Part shown: positions 1 through 9,523 of the stretch, piece after piece
How the letters are laid out: each line of letters begins with the position of its first letter
How positions within the stretch are numbered: position 1 is the stretch's first letter
NCBI GenBank assembly: GCA_023334545.1
Contig: JAADVB010000159.1
Span: 1-44,243, forward strand
DNA: 44,243 nt
DNA from: Salisapilia sapeloensis CBS 127946
Lineage: Eukaryota; Protista; Oomycota
Reading direction: 5' to 3'
Made by a program: the position numbers and the translations under genes
The notes under the pieces: generated by a model
What the model saw: only the letters and a program-made list of their open reading frames with translations
Told to the model about the DNA's origin: nothing
The model's database searches: none

Positions 1-24
1 CTTGTGTTTCATCTTCCTTACAAG

Positions 25-226
25 TGCGGCAAACGCTGTAAACTTTAAAACTCAAGTCGAGCAAGGGGAGTGGGATAAAGTGGTCGCGGACGATGTGAAC
101 CCGACGGCTAAACCCGCGTCATCGCCTTCGGAGGAAAATCGTTTAAATTTAAATCCCTTGAATTTTATCCTCTATGGACCGCTGAATGAAAAACACAAGA
201 ATGATAAGAAGACATCGTGGTTTTAA
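25..226 (+). CDS. Possible terminal exon of a gene entering from the left edge (unknown product)
   Basis: Pyrimidine-rich tract ending in AG at 23-24 (ttcatcttccttacaag), followed by an open frame AANAVNFKTQVEQGEWDK...KKTSWF* ending at 226. No recognisable domain. Confidence 0.3.
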
Positions 227-705
227 AACTAAGCGAAACCAAATCGAGTAATAACCTTGAGTCCAGGAAGTTGCGATTTCGGACTGGTTGTCAGCGATGA
301 CTTCCTCATCCAGACTCAACTATTCCAGTACTCCTGATCATTACTTGGTAGAATCTAGCATCAGAGGATTTAATGGAACAACTTTATTTCTTACTTTTTT
401 GTTTCATGCTTTTTACTTTTGGATTCATCTTCCATTTAACTTTATGTGGAGGGTGAGCGCATGCACTATTCTACCCACTTCGTAGGCTCAGCAATTGCCT
501 AGTAGACCGTTAACTTCTTCACACATATTATGAGAGAACCATGGAGCTGGAAACATGACTGCGCTCTAACATTAACATACTACTCACAGCAAATGAATGA
601 AGAACATTAATACACCATCGAACGCTTTGACAGCAAAAAATTTACTCCTGCATTGGTGCACTTCAGAAAGCATATTAGTATATATTTACTTTATGCTTCG
701 TTTGG

Positions 706-3700
706 TCATGTAGTCCCTCTACCCTTCCTTTGCAGAAATATCCATTCCTTCTGGTTCCTCTCTCGGTACTCTGGGAAGCTTTGGAGAATCTCTTCGTACT
801 TTTCCACCGTCAAGCGCAGCATCGTACACGTTCCGAGCGCAACACATGTGGCCGTCCGAGGAATATCAAAGAGCAACGACTTCTCTCCGAGGAAGTCGCA
901 CCGGCCTCGAATAAACTCTACGGTTTTCTCTTCCATGTCTTCGTTTCCAGCAGCATCGTCCATATCATCCGCTTGAGTTTGTTTAGTTACGATTGCACTT
1001 ATTCGTCTCCTGTTCCTCACTCCTGATACTACCGACCCTGAGTTCATCTTACGCACTCTCTTCGTTATCCTCACAGACACAGCTCCGTTTTCGATGACGA
1101 ACAAACTCTTGCATGTTTCGCCTTGACGGATGATCACGTCGCCTTGAACATACAACTCCTGCTCAAACGCAGCTAAGACGGCTCGGATGAAACCTTCGTC
1201 GCAGTGGGAAAACAGTGGCATGCCTCTGATCAAGTCTCGTAGGACGAAAAACGTAACGTCCTGAGTTCCAGCCATCGTTAGTCCGCGAAGTTGTTCCGCC
1301 TCATTCATACCCTTACTCTGCTGCCAATGAACGGCAAAATAGAGGCGGAGTTGCTTCCAGATTTCCGCGTCGAAGTTGTGTCGCTGCAAGTAGCTTGCCA
1401 CCCGAGCGACGCGCTCCTCATAGTCTGCTCGTTGTCCGAGCTCAGCTTCGTATACTTGGAAGAAGCTACCGGATAGCATGCCGAAGAAACCGATCGACAA
1501 AATAATGATGATCGTTGTCACGAGAGTCTCAATACCATTCTTCGGGGCAATGTCTCCGTAGGAGATGGTCGTAATGGCTCCTAAGCTAAAGTGCAAGGAT
1601 CTTGTTATCCGTCCTGAAATCGGAACAGAGTAGACACCATCAATTCCTGATATCGGAGTGAACGATAGCATTCCTGGTGTCGTCAGCCATGACGAAATAT
1701 CAGGGTATTCACGTAGCACACGGAACGAGATACCATAAAAGATGCAGGCGATCCAGTAGGCACCAAGTAGAAACCCAAACACGCTATGAGTGAAAGCGAT
1801 CATTGTAGGCGATGACGACCAAATGCGCAGATCATAGACGAGTGACTGATGAACCCGATCACCTAGACTTCGCAAGTGGATGAATCGCAGCATCTTGTTC
1901 AGTCTCAGAACGGAAATGTAGTACCAGGTCGGTGTTGACAATGTCCAAGAATCATTTTTACTGGTTGGGGCTGTGATGTAGCCAAGCAATTCTAGAGGTA
2001 ATAGAGTGAATAGATCAACCAAGTAAGATCCTTTGTAAAAGTAATGATCTCTAATCTCTTCGCTGTTCGTGACAATCTCACCTCGATGCATAAACGAAAA
2101 GTAGCTGCGATGAAGAATAAAGTCGATAGCACAGAGGACATCACCGACATATTCGCAGGAAAACCATATAGTAGTTGCCAATGGGACTGATACTACCTCC
2201 AGTGCATCAAAATCGAAGCTAACTCGAAATGGAATAACAATGACATAGTAGATGCAGACGATAAGCATGATGGCATCCCAAAGCCGACGGAAAGTGGATT
2301 GGTCCACAGAAAATGTTGCAGATTCAGATTTATCGATCCATGAATCGTACGACGATAAGATAGCACTAGCTCTACGCTTTGTCTCCGGTTGATGTGTAAT
2401 CGCTGATGGTGTCGGCTGCTCGACTACAGGAGCCACAGCTCGCTTATTATTAAGCTTATTCTTTAAAAGTCTTTTTAATTGGAAAGTTGCCATCAGGGTT
2501 TTCAATCCGTTCTCCGAAGAGGCTTCGGTCTTTGCTTTGACCGACGGTGCGTTGGTGCCACTTTCTAAATTTCTAGCTGTCTTCGTGCGAGTAGCATCCA
2601 TTCTTAGTCTAAAATCACGAATACACTCGATATTTTGCGATCGACCAAGCGATGTTACTCGTATCCCCGTCAAGAAAGCATGAGTTTTTAAATCCGATTG
2701 TCTTTGCGTCCCTGCATCTATTGTCATTTTCGCTACTTCCTGAGCATATTTCTTTTCATTCTGTTCAACAGTTGACAGGCCTTGATCGTTTAGACTGGGT
2801 ACTATACTCATGCTAGCACGTCGCGATTCATCTCGTCTTAAGCTTGTAGAAGATAATGGGCGCTGTCCATTACCATTCATATTAGCTTGTCGGCTTACCT
2901 GCTCACCGTTGGCATGATTGTAATGTTCCAGTGATTTCAGCAATCGTAAGTTTTCTGCATGGCGTTGCCAAAGCATGCTCTTAGCTGTCATTCCTGCAGA
3001 TACTACTGTCAAAGATGCCCGCCGCCCCGTCGATACGATTGAATGGCGAAGACTTTCACGGAGACTACGCTGGACAGAGGGATACTTTTCGTTTTTACTT
3101 GCACTCGGTGATACTTTAGCTGTGTTCCTGATCTTTGTCATGAAGGACATTGCGCTATTAGCCGATTTTGGTGATGTAGCTCCTACCGCGGTGGTAGATC
3201 TGACAGCGTTTGATATTAAGGTCAGTGATGGTCCCCGTTTGATGCCTGCTTTTGTAGGCCCAGCCGAATTAAAACCACTTTGACCTTTATAGGACTCGAA
3301 CAGCATACGCTTAAGCTTGTTATTGGAGCGTGCGAAAGTCCTCGTTTGACCGGTCTTGCTGGTTTGATTAATAAGAGATCCTATCATGTCACCAACTCGT
3401 GATTTTGACCGATTTCGCTTGTAATCTGTTTGGCTTTCCTGCTTTTTACCACTTTTTATCTCTGTCTGTCGGTTCTGTTGAGATGATTGACTTTCAGGCT
3501 TTAGATTCTTCAAAACATTCGCGTAAACCCAAACAGTTCGTCGATATTTGCGCTTCATAGCTATCATTAATTGCATTTCCAGTGCATTACGAACTTTTGC
3601 TGGCCATAACGTATTCCACTTCTGTCGACTTAGCTCTAGTATTTGACAACTCCGAATCGCTCGTGCAGTTGCAAGATGCGTCGTACCATGGAGAAAGAAA

Positions 3701-6700
3701 GCGAGATCTCCTATCATTGCCCCTTCGTACACCGTAGCATACACCATGCCTGAATTTGCGGACATCATTTCTCCCTGACCATCTTTTATAAAGAAGAGTT
3801 TCGATCCTATTCGACCTTCTTGAAAGATAATGTCTTTCCGGAGATACAAGGTCATCTCAAGCGCGTTCACGATAGCTTCGAGTTGAGATCGAGAACAAGC
3901 ATCTTTTAACTCGGGTACTTGGGAGGGAATATCGACGTATAAACACTCGAAAAACTGTGCACGTAGTATATCAGGCAAATCGGCAAAGATAGCTCGAGCC
4001 TGCGTTTCAACCAAAGATCTGGCACTAAACTCGATTCCTTCCTGCGCTCTCTTCGTCAAATGTCCCGGCAGCGCTCGGCGCTTGGCGTATTCTTTGAAGT
4101 CGTTCATAAGTTCTGCTAGTATTTTTGCATCCTATTCAGAGACGTCAATGTTAGCATATCGATCATGCTTCGATGGCAAAGAGATTGCGTACGAGATCCA
4201 TTTTCTGCATAACCGTTGTCATTTCCATAATGACCTACACAAGAAAACAACATAGAATATCATCAATTGGAGCGAAAGGATAAGTTTGACAAAGCGGATA
4301 ATTTACCTGTCCGATAAATATCCATCCAAGCAAACAGATAAGACTACAAAAGATTGTCTCGATTGGATTCTGAGCGACGATATCTCCAAAACAGACGACC
4401 GTGAACTACATATGACAAGAATTACGCTACTGGGTATGGTTGTGTCGGATAGTATGGGAAGTTACCGTCTCAAGAGACCAATAGATGGACCGAAGATATG
4501 CTATGCCAACGTCATTCGGGTTTTCGTTCAAAACAGGGTCTATCGTCATCCAACTCCTCGTCGCATATCCACTTTGTACCGACAACCTTCCAATCAAGAA
4601 GAAGGCGCTTCCAATCTGGTGAGCTGCTGACAAGAAGAAAATGAGGAACCGGACGAGATCAAACATACTTAAAAAAACGAGGCTTTTGCTGAGGAACTTT
4701 TCTTGCAGCACATCCTCAACCCCACGCAGGAATTCGAGCAACTGAGGACTTTTGATCATACGTGGTAATCGGCCTACAGACCTCAAGAAGAATGACTCTC
4801 CGAGGTAATCCAATGGTAACAAGCTTGCTGCATCGTATCGTAGCCGTCGTGTCTTGTATCGGGCGCGAATAAGTGGCCGGTTTAAGACACTTCCATTACC
4901 AAATTGCTTGTATCCAATGTGATTCCAAGCTAGATAAGCGTCCAAGAGAAGAATGACATCACTTGCAATATCCGATACCACGAACATCGACTCCATTTCT
5001 TCTGACGGTTCATGCAAAAAAGCAAGCCTTATTGGCGTCATGTAAAAGTTATATGCTAGAACAAGGTACATGAGCCAAGACCAGACCTTCGCAGTCCAAC
5101 CGAATGGATCGAGGATATAGTCTGAAGTTTCGCCTAAAGCACTCTGCTGACGTGTCTTTACAAAGGGCGCGATGCCACTCAGTAGTCTGTTCGTCTTCCC
5201 CAGTACTTTAAACAACTTTTTCTTGGAAGTAAGATTACTTTTAATGCGAACGAGCATATTCTCGTCAAACGTACGCTGAAGCTCAATAGTTTCAACAACA
5301 GGCTTCATTTCTTCCGGAAACCGCTGCACCATAGTAAGAAATTCCTCCCGAGGCAGCACTATTATCCGTGCGTTCTCCACAGCTACGGCATTAAGTTCAT
5401 ATGTCACCGATTCCTTTGTTGCTAAGCTTTCTTCACCAAACCACTGGTGCTCGACCACTCGTCGAACTGGGAGCTGGCTAAGCCACTGCGATTCCAAAAG
5501 CTTTTCCTTGGCGGTACTTAAGCGCCTGAGTTGACGTAGACGAGATATCGTGCTTCCGGATCTTTCGCTTTTAACTAAAGGTGGTGAAGGTCTATTTTGC
5601 GGTGGATATGTAAAGGATACAGGAGACAACAATTGATCAGAATTTCGCTTTGATGGCTTGTTCTGCTGAGCAAGTTCGAGCTGTGTCGATAGTTCAACAA
5701 CTCCAGCTTGAACGACAAACATGTCACTCGCAAGGTGACCAGCGGACGTGATGGGCATGCCTTTTAGGTAGACTTCGCAATGGACACAAGTGGATAATTC
5801 AAAAAGCAGTATGTGACGCCTCGGTGCTTCATTGAACATAGCGCACCGACCGAGTAGCTCATAATAAAGGTTCTTTTGCACCTCCTTTCGTAGAGATTGA
5901 GGTAGTTGAGCTAATATTTCATCTTCATTGACGCAACTTCCATTGATCGTCCACTTGGCAGAGTAGTATCTCCCAATCATACCTGCCACATCAGATGGGA
6001 TGCTCCCAGACGACATTAACGCTCGGTTTATTTGGAGAAGACGGTCTTTCTTTAGTCTATTTAAGGCATTCCATTGTGCCAGAACACTTGATATGGCACC
6101 TGCGGCTGTGTAACAAAGCAGTGCCCCAATGTAGATCCAGATAAAAGCCAGTAAGCACTCTTCTTGTGTCAATGGTATAATGTCTCCATAACCGACGGTA
6201 GAGATCATGACGACACTCCAGTGCATTGCTCGAATAAATGGAGAATCGATTTGGTACACAAATTTATCCCGGATAAACCATGTGCAGTTGTTGTGAAGAC
6301 TTGCAAGCGCAAGGCATTCCGTGTTAATATCAGACAAACTTCCAAAAGATGCAAGCGAGCGAATGGCTTCCTGACCTTCAGGAGTGGCTGGAATGCCGTC
6401 AACATAGCCATCTCGATCCGACATGATGTAAAAGATGGCTCCAGCACCATTGAGTAAAATTAGACACAGAATAAATAAACGCAGAAGCAACCGTGTCGAT
6501 GCACCAAGTTTCTTCTCCACCATTATTCGACGGAGAGCAAATGGGAGCCGATTCGTTCTTAGTAGGCGAAATAGGCGAAACAAGCCCATGAATCGAATAA
6601 CTCTGTCCGACATACCAATTTTGTTGACAAAATCCCAGCAAAGGGCAATCGGTAGATGCGAGATAATGTCTAATATGTATCTGTCATTCTCCAAGTAGTG

Positions 6701-9269
6701 CTGAATAATAGCTTTCCGTTTGTAAATGAGGTTTTGCGATTGAGATGTTGATTGTGATGCATCGACCGAGCCATTCATCGACCGAACGAACCACAATGCT
6801 CGCAGAGCCCAGTTAACGTATGAAAACATCTCCACGAGAACTGTAAGGCACATTAAGACAAATGCAAGCGTACCTGGATTGTGCTGAGATGTGTTCGGAG
6901 TCCCAATCGGTGCGAAGAGGTTAAATCCACGAAGGAAAGCAATCTGGTAAGGTACTTCAATGGCAGTGTACAGCAGCGCGAGGCAGTCCAACAATCTCCA
7001 GGTAGTGGCAAACTTGGAGTTGGGGAACCGCCATGGATGCACACTTTTCAGAGCATTCATGCTATCCTGTTCTAGGTTCTCCATCAATTTTCGCAGCGCT
7101 AATCCTTGTTTGGCATTGCAGCTAACACTTCCTGCGTTCGATTTGTTGCTTTTATTCCTCCCTTTTCCCGACTTTGGTTTGCCAGCAACTACCTGACTGT
7201 CATGCTCGTCTCCGTTATTTGCTCGATAGTGTGCTCGAAGTCGAACCATGCTAGTACGAGGGAAGTACTTGCGTAACATAAGATCAAAATTGCGTTTGGA
7301 CATCCACCAGCACTCGCAAGCGGCCTCGGCGATGATCTGGGAAGTAGAATAAGTGTAGCTAAATAAAGCGTCTTCGCCGAAAGAGCTGCCTGCTAGCAAC
7401 TGAGCAACGAATTCCCCCTTTGAGCTTGTCACTCGAAGCTCACCCTTTGTTACCATAAGCAGACGCTGTATTGAACCAAGTGCAAGAGCTGTCTGTTTCG
7501 GGGAAAAGAAGTCAACTTCCATAGTGTCCATGACGACATGGAGGAATGGTCCTGATTGCTTGCGGAACATTGGCACCTACGAACAACTACAGTGAGCAAT
7601 TGCATGATAAATACGTTATGTAGTAACTAACTCGCTTAATGATATTGTACTTGATATGATTATTGCACTTGAGATGATAGCGAGCTGGTAAGTCGTCCAA
7701 AACACGTTTTTCATCAAAGCCCTGACGAGCTGTCTGAATATACTGAAAATAATACCGCACATGTGCCGCGATATCCTTTGGGACGTCTCGAGCTATCATG
7801 AACTGCCCAGACACTATTTTAAAAAAAATTGATCGAAGTTACCATCAAAGTCGTCTTACCTTTACAGATTGGTCAAGATGCGTGCTAACGCTTGAGCTGA
7901 GATTTGGATTGCGTCGACTGAAGTAGAACCCACATGCTGATAGCATAGCTGTCGTCCAAAGGCCACTGCATAGCTGGACAAATAAACAATACACTGTCTC
8001 GAGTTGGTTAGCTGGAACGAGATCCCCTTGACCAAGCGTGGTAATTGTCTTGGCAGCCCAGTAAATAGTTCGAATGTATTTGCGCCACGGAGAACCATAG
8101 TGAAGTTGGTCTTTAGTGACCCAAGATCCATGTATCGCATCGTCCGCATTGTTGCATATCGCAAAATCAATTCCGCATTCAAAGTGAGCGATAAACATAT
8201 ACCCACTCGCGGCGATATGACATAAGTAGATACCAATCCAAACAAGGTTGACAAGTAACGCCGTTGTGCTGAATGACATGGCATGCACCAATTTCGTTCC
8301 TCGGTAAGCCTGTAAGAAGCCTACGTGATAGAAGTATGGCAAAAAATGAGTTGCCATTACCAGGCGAAAGAATCCTGCGACGTGAGTCAAATTATATTCT
8401 TGCATGAGTATGAAGAGCAAATCGAACGGTACGCAGGAGAGAAAACTGCCTAGAACCACTTTCGTGCTCGGCTGTTGCATCGAACTACGGAGAGAAGTCC
8501 GTTGTTTCGCGACATTTAACGGCGCAGTAAACTGTCGTTTCGCAACTTCTTCATTCGACGAACGTCTGCCAATACTTGAGCGAACTCGACGCTCACTTGC
8601 AGGCTGGACTTTCCTTGACATGTTTCTCTTTGAGCTGAAAACAGAACGTACCAAGAACAGAGGATGGTTTTGCTGGTAACTTTGCAGTAAAATCACGAAG
8701 TTCCATACTCGGAATGGCCACAATAGTAACTCGATCGCAGTGAGTATGGAGACATCCATCGTAAAGTCTATCCTTGCTGCGTCTGATTGCCATGGATCAA
8801 AACCAAAACCGAGTCTACCAGGTACAACAACGAGTGAAACGATCGCGTCTATCAAGCCGCCAAAATACCGACGATCTTCCCACTTTCTACTTCTTTTATC
8901 TGCATCACTCTCTTTATCCTTCTTTTTTCCTTCTGCTTCCCCCTCCGGATTGATCGCATTGCTCTGTTTTCTCCTCTCCTTAAACTTGTCATACGGAAAG
9001 AAGAGCATGCGTGGGAATAGGGACACAGTTTTCTGCTTTCGAAGCTTATCGCCAAGACGCCAAGTCGAACCTTGCCTTCCCAATTTTAAGTTAACAAGGC
9101 CGAAACTTGCGTTTTCAACTGCATCATTTGCCTTTGCTTTTTCCTCCTGGATACCCCGAAGTGTTTCTTTCTGAGCAATTTGATCGGCATAAGCGTTTTG
9201 AGTATTGGCAAAATCACGTCGTGTCGGACCAGTGTCTCCGTTCGGGAAGTCCGCCATGCCACTCGACAT
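706..9269 (-). CDS. Four-repeat (4x 6TM-pore-C-linker-CNBD) cyclic-nucleotide-binding-domain cation channel, CNGK/tetraKCNG-like architecture, ~2752 aa, 6 exons
   Basis: Hand-spliced exons 9269-7860, 7802-7632, 7576-4466, 4405-4307, 4234-4193 and 4131-706 are joined by five GT-AG phase-0 introns (57, 55, 60, 72, 61 nt) into one open frame. Four pore loops: WAAKTITTLGQGDL, WSVVMISTVGYGDI, WSLET|FTVVCFGDI, FSLGAITTISYGDI. Each is followed by a C-linker and CNBD (SFGEDAL, WFGEESL, MIGDLAF, FLGEKSLLFDIPRTAT). S4-like segments include LFRLFRLLRTNR and VLRLNKMLRFIHLR. Confidence 0.9.
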
Positions 9270-9523
9270 ATTTGATATATCCGCTTGGACTCTTTGTGTG
9301 AAGGTTGGCAGCCGTCGTGACGTCGGTTAGTTAGACTTAAATAGAAACGGAGAATGAAGAAACGAAACTCCTCTCTGTACGTTGCACATGAAACCTTAAT
9401 CTGCGCAAGGTCATGTTGTTCGTTTCTACGACAACATGAACGTATATTGATGTGCATCCGAGCAAACTGTTTTCGTACGAAGCAAAGAAAGAAAGAGTGA
9501 AAGGTTTGTATTAATTGCTTCCC

